A program made the translations under genes and the position numbers. Shown piece after piece: positions 45,100 to 54,551 of a stretch of 64,000 nt of DNA (positions are counted from its first letter, which is position 1; each line of letters opens with the position of its first letter). Below the pieces are notes generated by a model. It saw only the letters and a program-made list of their open reading frames with translations. It was not told the origin of the DNA and made no database searches. Source of the DNA: Roseibacillus sp. (GTDB lineage Bacteria; Verrucomicrobiota; Verrucomicrobiia; Verrucomicrobiales; Akkermansiaceae); assembly GCA_965242925.1 (NCBI GenBank), contig CBDEUM010000014.1, positions 512,001 to 576,000 of the forward strand, given 5' to 3'.

Positions 45100-48095
45100 C
45101 CCGCATCCTTTTATCCCTCACCGCCTGCTTCCCGCTCCTCGCATCCGCCACACCGCGCCCCAACATCATCACCGTCTTCATCGACGACATGGGGTGGACC
45201 GACCTGTCGTGTTTCAAGGGAGACCAGGTAAAGACCGAGAACATTGACCGCCTCGCCTCGGAAGGGATCAAGTTCACCAATTTCTACGTCAACTCGCCCA
45301 TCTGCTCCCCTTCACGCGTCGCCTTGACTACGGGACAATACCCCCAGCGCTGGCGCATCACGTCCTATCTCAACAATCGCCGGTCCAACAACACCCGGGG
45401 GATGGCCCAGTGGCTCGATCCCGGGGCTCCCGTCCTCGCGCGGGAGCTGCAGAAAAACGGCTACGCCACCGGACACTTCGGCAAATGGCACATGGGCGGT
45501 CAGCGGGACGTGGACGACGCTCCCCCAATTTCCAAGTACGGTTTTGACCGGAGCCTTACCAACTTCGAGGGCATGGGACCCAAGCTTCTTCCCCTTACTC
45601 TCAAACCGGGACAGGACCCCGAAAAGCCGGGGCGAATCTGGCAAAATGCCGTCCGTCTCGGCGAAGGCGTGACCTGGATGCAGCGCTCCCACATCACCCG
45701 GGGGTTCGTGGACGCGGCCCTCACCTTTATCGAGGAAGCCCGGGAGCAGGAGAAGCCCTTCTTCGTCAACCTCTGGCCTGACGACGTTCATTCCCCGTTC
45801 TTCCCGCCCCTCGACAAGTGGGGTGACGGGGGCAAACGGGCGATCTACTACGGCGTCCTGGATGCCATGGACGAGCAACTCGGCCCCCTCTTTGACCGGA
45901 TCCGGAACGACCCGGAGCTTCGCCAGAACACCCTGATCCTCATCGCCTCTGACAACGGGCACGAGACCGGCGCGGGCAAATCCGATCCCCTCCGCGGCGC
46001 AAAAACTTGGCTTTACGAGGGAGGCATCCGTTCGCCTCTCATCGTCTGGGGCCCGGGCCTGATGAACAAGCAGGCAGCAGGCAGGGCCAACACCACCTCC
46101 ATTCTCTCGTCCCTCGATCTTAATCGTTCCCTCTACAGCCTGTGCGATACCGAGCTGCCTGCAGGGATCACCCTCGACGGGGAGGACCTCGGGCTCACTC
46201 TGCTCGGCCGGGAGAAAAAGAGCCGGAGCACCCCACTCTTCTGGCGGCGCCCCCCCGACCGTCCCGGTTTCGGTCACGGCCTCAAGGAAGACAACCCCGA
46301 CCTCGCGGTGCGGGACGGTCGATGGAAGTTCCTCGTCAATTACGACGGCAGCGATCCGCAACTTTATCACCTCGGCAAGGATGCCGGGGAGAAACACAAC
46401 GTGGCCGGAAATTTCCCGCAGGTCGTGAAGGAACTGCACGCCAGACTGGAGAAATGGAACAGCGAGCTGCCGCAGGATGCGGGCAACCCGGCGTGGAAAG
46501 CCGACGCTGCCCTCCCCTCCACCCACTTCGTCAATCCCATCGGCGAGGGAGCAGATCCGTGGATCGTGCGCGATGGCAAGAACAAGAGCTACCTGTGGTG
46601 CCTCTCGGAAGGCAACCGCGCAATTGCCATCCACACGAGTGACAACCTGAGCTCGCTCGGCGAGAAGCACGTGGTGTGGCGCGCCCCGGGGGAGGGTCCC
46701 TACTCGAAGGAGATCTGGGCACCGGAGCTCCACTTCCTCGACGGGCACTGGCACATCTACTTTGCGGGCTCGGACGGAAAGAATGCCAACCACCTTACCT
46801 ACGTCCTGCGCTCCAGGACGGACGATCCGCTCGGCGAGTACGAGCTGCACGGACCGCTCGCGACCGGCGAGGGCGCCGACGGCAAGTCCCCCAACCTTTG
46901 GGCCATCGACATGACACCGCTCGTGCACAAGGGCAAACTCTACGCCCTGTGGTCGGGCTGGGATGGGGCCGGCACCGATCGCCAGTTTCTCTACCTCGCG
47001 TCCATGAAGTCGCCCACCGCGATGGCGGGACCACGCGTGCAGATCTGTTCGAACGACGACTTCCGATGGGAGTTCACTGAGACGGAGGGCAAGGGACGCG
47101 GCCTCAACGAGGGGCCCCAGGTCCTGCAACCCGGAAACCGCACCCTCGTGCTCTACTCCTGCGGCGCGTCCTGGCTGCCAACCTACAAGCTGGGCATGCT
47201 CGAGCTGGTCGGCGACAACCCACTCGATCCCAAGGCCTGGAAGAAACACGCGAAGCCGGTCTTCACAGCTACGGAACAAACCTACGGAATCGGGCATTCC
47301 TGCTTCGTCAAATCTCCCGACGACTCTGAGTGGTGGCACATTTTTCACGCCAAGCGCGATCGCCAACCCGGCTGGCGCCGCGCAATCTTTGCGCAGCCCA
47401 TGGAGATCGGGAAGGACGGCTATCCCGAGTTCGGTCGCCCGGTGGCCGCGGGTGAGGTCCTCAGGCGACCTCGTGGGGAGAAGACCACCATCCTAGCCCG
47501 TCGGCACCACACAAGTTCCCTCCAGAGCAACGACCACAACAGAATCTGGTGCTACTTTGGTCATCATCAATTCTACGACCATACCAAGGAAGGCCTCCAT
47601 CTCGGAAGAACGCCCGCCAATCCGATCAATGAGTATCGCAGTGGAGAGAAAGTAGTGCTCAACCACCAGGCCCCGAGGGACCTCAACGTCGAGGTCACCA
47701 TCGATTTCCTAGGCAACCGTGACGCGCGGGACGGGGGCATCTTGTTCCGCACCAGCGGCGCCTCGGTGGGCTTCGACGCGCAGCGGGGGTATTTTGCCGG
47801 ACTGATCCCGCGCACGAATCTCGTCATCCTCGGCAAAACGGACGGGACGAAATGGAATGAGCTCGCTCGCAAGGAGTCGCCCATCAATCCTGACCAACGA
47901 CAGAAGCTTGGCGTCACGATGGCGGGCAGCAAGATCGTGATCACTCACAATGGAGCACCTGCGATTGTCCATACCGATTCGACCTTCGCCACCGGCACGG
48001 TCGGCTTGCGGGTGGTGAACACCCACGCGGTCTTCTCCGAGCTGCACCTCAAGCCCGGCTCAACGGGGCCCGAAGCTCGGCAACTTGAGCCCTGA
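45096..48095 (+). CDS. Sulfatase-GH43 glycoside hydrolase fusion with C-terminal beta-sandwich
   Basis: N-terminal PNIITVFIDDMG, CSPSR, GKWH; then GADPW, IWAPELH, WAID, LNEGP, GIGH (GH43 five-bladed propeller acids); C-terminal ~200-aa concanavalin/DUF1080-like region. Confidence 0.9.
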   Translation: MTRILLSLTACFPLLASATPRPNIITVFIDDMGWTDLSCFKGDQVKTENIDRLASEGIKFTNFYVNSPICSPSRVALTTGQYPQRWRITSYLNNRRSNNTRGMAQWLDPGAPVLARELQKNGYATGHFGKWHMGGQRDVDDAPPISKYGFDRSLTNFEGMGPKLLPLTLKPGQDPEKPGRIWQNAVRLGEGVTWMQRSHITRGFVDAALTFIEEAREQEKPFFVNLWPDDVHSPFFPPLDKWGDGGKRAIYYGVLDAMDEQLGPLFDRIRNDPELRQNTLILIASDNGHETGAGKSDPLRGAKTWLYEGGIRSPLIVWGPGLMNKQAAGRANTTSILSSLDLNRSLYSLCDTELPAGITLDGEDLGLTLLGREKKSRSTPLFWRRPPDRPGFGHGLKEDNPDLAVRDGRWKFLVNYDGSDPQLYHLGKDAGEKHNVAGNFPQVVKELHARLEKWNSELPQDAGNPAWKADAALPSTHFVNPIGEGADPWIVRDGKNKSYLWCLSEGNRAIAIHTSDNLSSLGEKHVVWRAPGEGPYSKEIWAPELHFLDGHWHIYFAGSDGKNANHLTYVLRSRTDDPLGEYELHGPLATGEGADGKSPNLWAIDMTPLVHKGKLYALWSGWDGAGTDRQFLYLASMKSPTAMAGPRVQICSNDDFRWEFTETEGKGRGLNEGPQVLQPGNRTLVLYSCGASWLPTYKLGMLELVGDNPLDPKAWKKHAKPVFTATEQTYGIGHSCFVKSPDDSEWWHIFHAKRDRQPGWRRAIFAQPMEIGKDGYPEFGRPVAAGEVLRRPRGEKTTILARRHHTSSLQSNDHNRIWCYFGHHQFYDHTKEGLHLGRTPANPINEYRSGEKVVLNHQAPRDLNVEVTIDFLGNRDARDGGILFRTSGASVGFDAQRGYFAGLIPRTNLVILGKTDGTKWNELARKESPINPDQRQKLGVTMAGSKIVITHNGAPAIVHTDSTFATGTVGLRVVNTHAVFSELHLKPGSTGPEARQLEP

Positions 48096-48114
48096 CGGAG
48101 GTGAGTCGGTTGGC

Positions 48115-48306
48115 TTACCTCCGCACGATCGTCAGCCAGTCATTGATGGCATCCGGCACCCTGAGGGTGACCTTGTGCCACTGCTTGAGCTCGCCGCTGA
48201 CGACGACGGAGACGTCGCCGTCGGGCGCGCGCTTCCCAAAGAGTTCGTCGGAATGGGCGTTCGAGGAGCATAGGGCAGAAATTAAAAGAAGGGCTCTTTG
48301 CCTCAT
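48115..48306 (-). pseudogene. 63-aa mini-ORF: signal peptide plus DUF5060-like N-terminal fragment joined to a short C-terminus-like tail
   Basis: MRQRALLLISALC..RAPDGDVSVVVSGELKQWHKVTL then PDAINDWLTIVRR-stop. The family resemblance is recalled, not searched. Confidence 0.55.
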
Positions 48307-48465
48307 CTGGGATAACGGATGACGCGTGCCATCCAATCATATCCGGCCCCTTGCGCGCTAGGTCGATTCACGCGAAATGCTTGAGGATTTCGGCATTCCT
48401 ACCGAGACGTTCGCGCTCCTAGCTTCTAGCTTGCAGATCCCCACGGACTCTCCTTACTTCCCTTC

Positions 48466-49527
48466 ATGAAACGGACGATCTTCCTTGGCACCTACACCAA
48501 CGGCGAAAGCAAGGGTATTTACTCCTGCCGCTTCGACGACGCAACCGGCGCCCTCTCCGACCTTCGCCTCGCCGCCGAGACGCCCAGTCCGTCCTTCCTC
48601 GCCCTGCACCCCAATGGCAAATTTCTCTACGCAGTGAACGAGACCGACAGCTACGGCGGGGAGACGTCCGGAGCGGTCACCGCCTACCGGATCGCCGATG
48701 GAGAGGGCGGAGTTCTCAAGAAGCTCAATACCGTCAGCTCACACGGGGCTCATCCCTGCCACCTTGTCCTGACGCCCGGGGCCAAGGCGGTCATCATTGC
48801 CAATTACTCCGGATCCACCGTGACGACGATCGAGATCAAGGCTGATGGATCACTGGGCAGGACCCTCAACAGGATCGCGCACAAGGGATCGGGCCTCCTC
48901 AAGCCACGGCAGGCCGATCCGCACCCCCACGCCGTGAACCTGGACCCGGCCAACAGGTTTGTCTTCATCTCCGACCTGGGAATGGACCAGATCGTCCGCT
49001 ACGAACTGGAGGAAAATGGGCAACTCAGCAAGAGCCGGGGGAGCACCCGGGTCGACCCGGGAACAGGGCCGCGCCACTTTGCTTTCCACCCGGGGGCCAA
49101 TTTCGGATATGTTCTCAATGAGATCACCCGCACCATCACCGCCTTTCGCTACAATGCCACAAGCGGCGAACTCACTGAGATCCAGACCATCTCGACCGTC
49201 CCCAAGGGATGGGCCAGGGGATCCACCGCGGAGATCTTCATCCATCCGGATGGCAGGTTTCTCTACTCCTCCAACCGTGGGCATGACAGCATTGCCTGTT
49301 TCAACATCCACCAGGGTTGCGGCAAACTCAGCCTGATCGAAATCGAAAAAACCGGGGGACGCACCCCCCGCAACTTCAATCTCGATCCCAGCGGCAGGTG
49401 GATCATTGCTGCCAACCAGTCGAGTGGCGACCTGCAGGTCTTCTCTATCGACCAGAAAACGGGAGCCCTTGAACCGACCGCGACCCGCCTCGAAATACCT
49501 GCCCCGGTCTGTGTGGTCTTCCTGTAG
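48466..49527 (+). CDS. pgl: Lactonase family protein (6-phosphogluconolactonase, YbhE/YkgB type)
   Basis: FLGTYT, SPSFL..LYAVNE, PCH, ANY, HPH, DLG.D, GPRH, SNRGHDSI, TPRNF beta-propeller motifs. Confidence 0.88.
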   Translation: MKRTIFLGTYTNGESKGIYSCRFDDATGALSDLRLAAETPSPSFLALHPNGKFLYAVNETDSYGGETSGAVTAYRIADGEGGVLKKLNTVSSHGAHPCHLVLTPGAKAVIIANYSGSTVTTIEIKADGSLGRTLNRIAHKGSGLLKPRQADPHPHAVNLDPANRFVFISDLGMDQIVRYELEENGQLSKSRGSTRVDPGTGPRHFAFHPGANFGYVLNEITRTITAFRYNATSGELTEIQTISTVPKGWARGSTAEIFIHPDGRFLYSSNRGHDSIACFNIHQGCGKLSLIEIEKTGGRTPRNFNLDPSGRWIIAANQSSGDLQVFSIDQKTGALEPTATRLEIPAPVCVVFL

Positions 49528-49607
49528 AAATTATGCCTTCGGAGCGTGGCTCCAAAACATCCCGTGCCCCCTGGTTCTCAATCCCTCCAATCATCTTAAG
49601 CAACCAC

Positions 49608-51311
49608 ATGAAAACACTTCTTCTCCTCCTGATCTCCGGCCTGTGGGCCCTCAGTCCGGCTGCGGAGCATCCCAACATCGTCCTCATCATGGCTGACGAC
49701 ATGGGTTACTCCGACATCGGGTGTTACGGCGGCGAGATCAAGACTCCCGTGCTCGACCAACTGGCCCGGGATGGCCTGCGCTACACGCAGTTCTACAACA
49801 CTTCGCGCTGTTGTCCGACCCGGGCCGCTCTCATCAGCGGTCTCTATTCCCACCAGACCGGCATGGGCCTGATGGAAGGCGACCGGGGCTGGCCCGGCTA
49901 CCGGGGATCCATCAACAAGCGTTGTGTCACCCTTGCGGAAGCGCTCAGGAGCGGAGGCTACCGGAACTACATGTCGGGCAAGTGGCATTTGACCCGCCAC
50001 AAACGCCCGGACGGGGACACCTCTGCCTGGCCGATGCAGCGTGGCTTCGACCGCTTCTATGGAACAATCACGGGAGCGGGCAGCTTCTATGATCCCGCCA
50101 CCCTCTGCCGGGGGAACACCTACATCACTCCCGAGAACGACCCCGAGTACCAGCCGGAATCCTACTACTACACCGACGCCATCAGCGATAACGCGGTCAA
50201 CTTCATTGCTGACCACCGAAAGGACAAGACCGCCGCCGCCAGGCCCTTTTTCCTCTACGTCTCCTACACCTGCGCGCATTGGCCCATGCACGCCCCTGAA
50301 GCAGACATCGCAAAATACAGGGGGGTCTACGACAAGGGCTACCCGGCCATTCGGGAGGCCCGCTACCGGAAGGCCATCGAAATGGGCGTCATCGACAGGA
50401 AATGGGCGATGTCCAAGGGCCTCGACTGGGAAGGGTTCCAGCACAAGGCCTGGGACATCCGCTGCATGGAAGCCTACGCCGCCATGACGGAACTCATGGA
50501 TCGCGGCATCGGCCGGATCGTCGCCGAACTGAAGAAGCAGAAGCTCTTTGAAAACACCCTGCTGGTCTACCTGCAGGACAACGGCGGATGCGCAGAGGGC
50601 TACGGCCGGGCCAACAACTCGCACCAGAAGGACCGCTTCAAGTTCAAGCCCCTCGGGAAGGACGGATTGCAGACCAAGATCTGGCCGCCCATGCAAACCC
50701 GCGACGGACGATTCGTTCGCACCGGACCGGAAACCCTGCCGGGCGCGGAGGACACCTTCGTCGCCTACGGACCGGGTTGGGCCAACACTTCCAACACCCC
50801 CTTCCGCGGCTACAAGCACGATCCCTACGAAGGCGGAATCGGCACCCCGTTCATCGTCAGCTGGCCCGGGGGAATCGCCGAGAAACGCAACGGCGCAATC
50901 GTGCATGACGTCTCACACCTGATCGATCTCATGCCCACCTTCGTGGAGGTCGCCGGAGCTGCCTACCCGGAGAAGTACGATGGCCACGACATCCAGCCCA
51001 TGGAGGGAACCAGCCTCGTCCCCACCCTGGCCGGGAAGGCCATCCCCCGGAAGGCGCCCCTCGGCTTTGAGCATCACGGGAACCTCGGCCTGCGGGATGG
51101 CAAGTGGAAGATCGTCTCCATGTATCGCCGGGATCAACCCCGCAAATGGGAACTCTACGACATGGAGGCCGACCGGACGGAATTGAACGACCTCGCGCAG
51201 AAGATGCCCGGAAAACTCAAATCCATGGTCGCGAACTGGCAGTCCTGGGCCGACCGGATCGGGGTGCAGCCGTGGCCCATTCCCAGATACGAACCGAAGA
51301 AAGCGAAGTAG
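49608..51311 (+). CDS. Arylsulfatase, close paralog of 6619..8343
   Basis: Start MKTLLL at 49608; PNIVLIMADDMG, RCCPTR, YYTDAISDNAV, QDNGGCAEG, SNTPFR shared with the 6619 gene. Confidence 0.93.
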   Translation: MKTLLLLLISGLWALSPAAEHPNIVLIMADDMGYSDIGCYGGEIKTPVLDQLARDGLRYTQFYNTSRCCPTRAALISGLYSHQTGMGLMEGDRGWPGYRGSINKRCVTLAEALRSGGYRNYMSGKWHLTRHKRPDGDTSAWPMQRGFDRFYGTITGAGSFYDPATLCRGNTYITPENDPEYQPESYYYTDAISDNAVNFIADHRKDKTAAARPFFLYVSYTCAHWPMHAPEADIAKYRGVYDKGYPAIREARYRKAIEMGVIDRKWAMSKGLDWEGFQHKAWDIRCMEAYAAMTELMDRGIGRIVAELKKQKLFENTLLVYLQDNGGCAEGYGRANNSHQKDRFKFKPLGKDGLQTKIWPPMQTRDGRFVRTGPETLPGAEDTFVAYGPGWANTSNTPFRGYKHDPYEGGIGTPFIVSWPGGIAEKRNGAIVHDVSHLIDLMPTFVEVAGAAYPEKYDGHDIQPMEGTSLVPTLAGKAIPRKAPLGFEHHGNLGLRDGKWKIVSMYRRDQPRKWELYDMEADRTELNDLAQKMPGKLKSMVANWQSWADRIGVQPWPIPRYEPKKAK

Positions 51312-51341
51312 CGGCGTGGCTTTCTCCAGAACCTTCCCTCC

Positions 51342-52826
51342 ATGCGCTTCCTCCTCCCCGTCATCACGATCCTGGCCCTGGGGGCCCTCCAGGTTGAGAG
51401 CAACCCACACGTTCTCTTCATCGCAATTGACGACCTGAACGACTACATCTCCCCGCTCGACAACCATCCCGGCGTGCAGACTCCGCATTTTGAACGCCTT
51501 GCCCGGCGCTCGGTCAACTTCGCCAATGCCCACTGTGCCGCCCCGGTCTGTCACGCTTCGCGGGTGGCCATCATGACGGGGGTCCATCCCTCCCGCTCGG
51601 GGATTTATCGCAACATGTTCGGAGCCCGCGGGCCCCGCTGGCGCCACGAATCCAGGATTCTGGAGAAGGCTGTAGTTCTTTCCCAGCACTTCCGCGATCA
51701 CGGCTACCGCGCGGTGGGCGGCGGCAAGATCTTTCATACCCTGCAGTGGACTCCGCACGACTCCCAGAACGACCCGGAGGCCTGGGACGACTACCGCGGC
51801 GATCCCAACAACCCCATCGCCCCGGACTGGCCCCGCCCGGAACTGGTGCCTGACGACAAGGCCGGCCTTACCAAGGGACGACCGCTGGGCGGACACTCGC
51901 AACTCTTCGGCGCTGCGCCTCTCGAACTGCCCGACGAGAAGACCGGTGACCACATGGTGGTCGACTGGGCCATCGAGCAGATGAAATCCGTAAAGAAGGA
52001 ACCCCTCTTCATGGCTGTCGGTCTCTTCCGCCCCCACATCCCCTGGGAGGTGCCCCGGAAGTGGTTCGACAAGCATCCCCTCGAGAACATCAAACTGCCT
52101 CCCCACCGCGAAGACGACCTGACAGATGCCCATCACCATGGGCGAACCCACTGGCACAAGTGGGTGGTCGAAAACAAACAGTGGAAAAAACTCATGCAGG
52201 GCTACCTCGCCAGCATCACCTACGTCGATCACCAGCTAGGGCGTCTCCTCGATGCCCTTGATGCCTCCCCCTCAATGAAGGACAACACCATCATCGTGCT
52301 CTGGAGCGACCATGGATTTCACATCGGAGAAAAAGGCAACTGGGAAAAGTTCGCCCTCTGGGACCAGACCACCCGTGTGCCCCTCTTCATCCACGCTCCC
52401 GGAGTGAGCAGGGATGGCGCCAGGACCCGACAACCGGCCACCCTCACTGATGTCTATCCAACTCTCTGTGAACTGGCCGGGCTGCCCATCCCGGAACAGT
52501 GCGATGGCCTCTCCCTCGTGCCCCAGCTCAAGAATCCAGCCACCAGGCGTGATCGCCCCGCTCTCTGCTCCTTCCAGTTCTGGAACGAGAAAGCCCCTTC
52601 CCATGGAGTGGCTGACGAACGCTACCGCTTTATCCGCTATGGCAACGGATTTGAGGAGCTCTACGACCTAAAGAATGATCCGCACGAGTATGAGAATCTC
52701 ATCGATGACCCGAAGCTCGCTTCCGTGAAGACGCGTCTGGCCCAGGGCATTCCGGCGAATCCGGCGCCCCTTGCCGTCCTGCCCAAGGACTCCCCGCATC
52801 ACCGGGCCAACCAAGGGAAAAAGTAA
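51342..52826 (+). CDS. Sulfatase (iduronate-2-sulfatase-like)
   Basis: VLFIAIDDLND, CHASR, GKIFH, GLFRPHIPW, WSDHGFHIGEK. Confidence 0.92.
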   Translation: MRFLLPVITILALGALQVESNPHVLFIAIDDLNDYISPLDNHPGVQTPHFERLARRSVNFANAHCAAPVCHASRVAIMTGVHPSRSGIYRNMFGARGPRWRHESRILEKAVVLSQHFRDHGYRAVGGGKIFHTLQWTPHDSQNDPEAWDDYRGDPNNPIAPDWPRPELVPDDKAGLTKGRPLGGHSQLFGAAPLELPDEKTGDHMVVDWAIEQMKSVKKEPLFMAVGLFRPHIPWEVPRKWFDKHPLENIKLPPHREDDLTDAHHHGRTHWHKWVVENKQWKKLMQGYLASITYVDHQLGRLLDALDASPSMKDNTIIVLWSDHGFHIGEKGNWEKFALWDQTTRVPLFIHAPGVSRDGARTRQPATLTDVYPTLCELAGLPIPEQCDGLSLVPQLKNPATRRDRPALCSFQFWNEKAPSHGVADERYRFIRYGNGFEELYDLKNDPHEYENLIDDPKLASVKTRLAQGIPANPAPLAVLPKDSPHHRANQGKK

Positions 52827-52854
52827 AGCTACTACTAGAGGTGAGAATCACCCG

Positions 52855-52995
52855 ATGAACCGACCTCCTTCCCTCGCCCTCTGCCTCTGCCTCAGCGACA
52901 ACAATTCCAACTGGGAAGGGCGCCTCGACGAAGTCGCGATCTTTGAACGCGCCCTCTCGGCCGCAGAAATCGCCCAACTCGCCGGAATAAAATGA
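52855..52995 (+). pseudogene. 46-aa mini-ORF: truncated signal peptide fused to the last strand/helix of a LamG-like domain
   Basis: GAGGTG SD-like sequence upstream; MNRPPSLALCLCL then SDNNSNWEGRLDEVAIFERALSAAEIAQL, matching the LamG-like terminal motif G-x-L-D-E-V-x-I-[FY]-x-R-A-L-S-x-x-E-I. Confidence 0.65.
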
Positions 52996-53144
52996 TCAAT
53001 CGCGCAAGAATCACAATCTGCGCGGTGGGGCTTGAAAACTTTGTGGCCCGTCACGAACGACCGCGAGAACGATAAGGATTCGGCCAGCCAGCCCCCCAAT
53101 CCACAACTCTATCCCTGAAACGATAGGCCCCACTCCCCAACCCC

Positions 53145-54545
53145 GTGGTCTTCAGCACGCCCATCTTCCTCTACGGCTTCCTGCCGCTCATGCTGGTGGT
53201 CTACTACCTCCTTCCACGCCCCGTGCGCAATGGGTGGCTGGTGGCGGGAAGCTACTTCTTCTACGGCTGGGGCAACCCTCTCTACATCCTTCTCCTCCTC
53301 TTCTCCACCCTGCTCGATTTCGTTTGTGCGCTGTTCATCCCGAGCGCCGGAGCCCGGACCCGGCGGCTCCTGCTGGGTGCCTCCCTGCTCGGAAACCTGG
53401 GCGTCCTCGCCTTCTTCAAGTACTCCGGTTTCCTGGCCCGCACCGCCCACGACCTCGCGGGGCTTCCGGGAGCAGATGCCCTGGCCTGGCTGGGAACCAT
53501 CGCCCTTCCGCTCGGCATCAGCTTCTACACCCTGCAGTCCCTGAGCTACACCATCGACGTTTACCGGGGCGAGATCCGCCCGACCCGGCGCTTCCTCGAC
53601 TTTGCCACCTATGCGGCCTTTTTCCCACAGTTGGCTGCCGGACCCATCGTGCGCTACTCGCAGCTGGAAGCTGATCTGCGCCATCGCCGCGAATCCCGGA
53701 GGCAGTTCGCCAACGGGATGGGAATCTTCATCATCGGACTGGCCAAGAAACTGCTCCTCGCCAATCCCTGCGGAGCTCTTGCAGATCAGGCCTTCGGAGC
53801 GGCCGAACTTGATATGCCCAGCGCATGGATCGGCCTGTTCGCCTACTCCTTTCAGATCTATTTCGACTTCAGCGGCTACAGTGAAATGGCCATCGGACTC
53901 GGGATGATGTTCGGGTTCACTCTGCCGGCCAACTTCCGGGCTCCCTATCGCGCCACCTCCCTGCGCGATTTCTGGAGGCGCTGGCACATCACCCTCGGAT
54001 CGTGGGTGCGCGACTACCTTTACATTCCCCTCGGCGGAAACCGGTCAGGCCGCTGGCGCACGGCAGGAAACATTATCGTCGTGATGGCTCTCTTCGCCCT
54101 CTGGCACGGGGCAGCCTGGCAATTCCTCATCTGGGGAGGAGTGCACGGCCTCCTCCTGGCCGCTGAACGGCTCGCCCGGCCACTGGGCCTCCGCAAGCGC
54201 CTGCCTACCGTCCTCCGCGCCGGTCTCACCTTCCTCGTGGTCACCCTGGCCTGGGTCCTGTTCCGGGCCGACTCGCTGGGGGAGGCCGGACGCTACTACG
54301 CATCCCTCATGGGCGATCCGGCCCCGGAGGGGCCTGCCTGGTGGACCAGGCAGCTGGTGGTGGGCCCGGAGGGCCTCGTTCTCCTCCTGCTCGCGGCGCT
54401 GGTGACCTGGGGCGGCCACTCGCCCTCGCGTTTCGTCACGGAGTCGTCCCCCGTAAGATGGTTGGGGCTGACCATTCTCTTCTGGATCTGCCTGATTGCC
54501 ATGGGGATCCAGGGCGGGACGTCCTTCCTCTATTATTTTTTCTAA
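53145..54545 (+). CDS. MBOAT family O-acyltransferase (AlgI/PatA-like)
   Basis: LPLGISFYTLQSLSY.IDVYRG, FFPQL.AGPIVR, QIYFDFSGYS, FWRRWHITL, YLYIPLGGNR, catalytic LWHGA. Confidence 0.93.
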   Translation: MVFSTPIFLYGFLPLMLVVYYLLPRPVRNGWLVAGSYFFYGWGNPLYILLLLFSTLLDFVCALFIPSAGARTRRLLLGASLLGNLGVLAFFKYSGFLARTAHDLAGLPGADALAWLGTIALPLGISFYTLQSLSYTIDVYRGEIRPTRRFLDFATYAAFFPQLAAGPIVRYSQLEADLRHRRESRRQFANGMGIFIIGLAKKLLLANPCGALADQAFGAAELDMPSAWIGLFAYSFQIYFDFSGYSEMAIGLGMMFGFTLPANFRAPYRATSLRDFWRRWHITLGSWVRDYLYIPLGGNRSGRWRTAGNIIVVMALFALWHGAAWQFLIWGGVHGLLLAAERLARPLGLRKRLPTVLRAGLTFLVVTLAWVLFRADSLGEAGRYYASLMGDPAPEGPAWWTRQLVVGPEGLVLLLLAALVTWGGHSPSRFVTESSPVRWLGLTILFWICLIAMGIQGGTSFLYYFF

Positions 54546-54551
54546 CAGATC

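Noticed and set aside
477..52232. Long antisense or alternate-frame ORFs (e.g. 477..2651, 3139..5358, 6541..8217, 15573..17099, 43415..44944, 45312..47366, 50913..52232)
   Set aside because: They shadow well-supported genes, lack motifs, and are expected from GC-rich codon bias.
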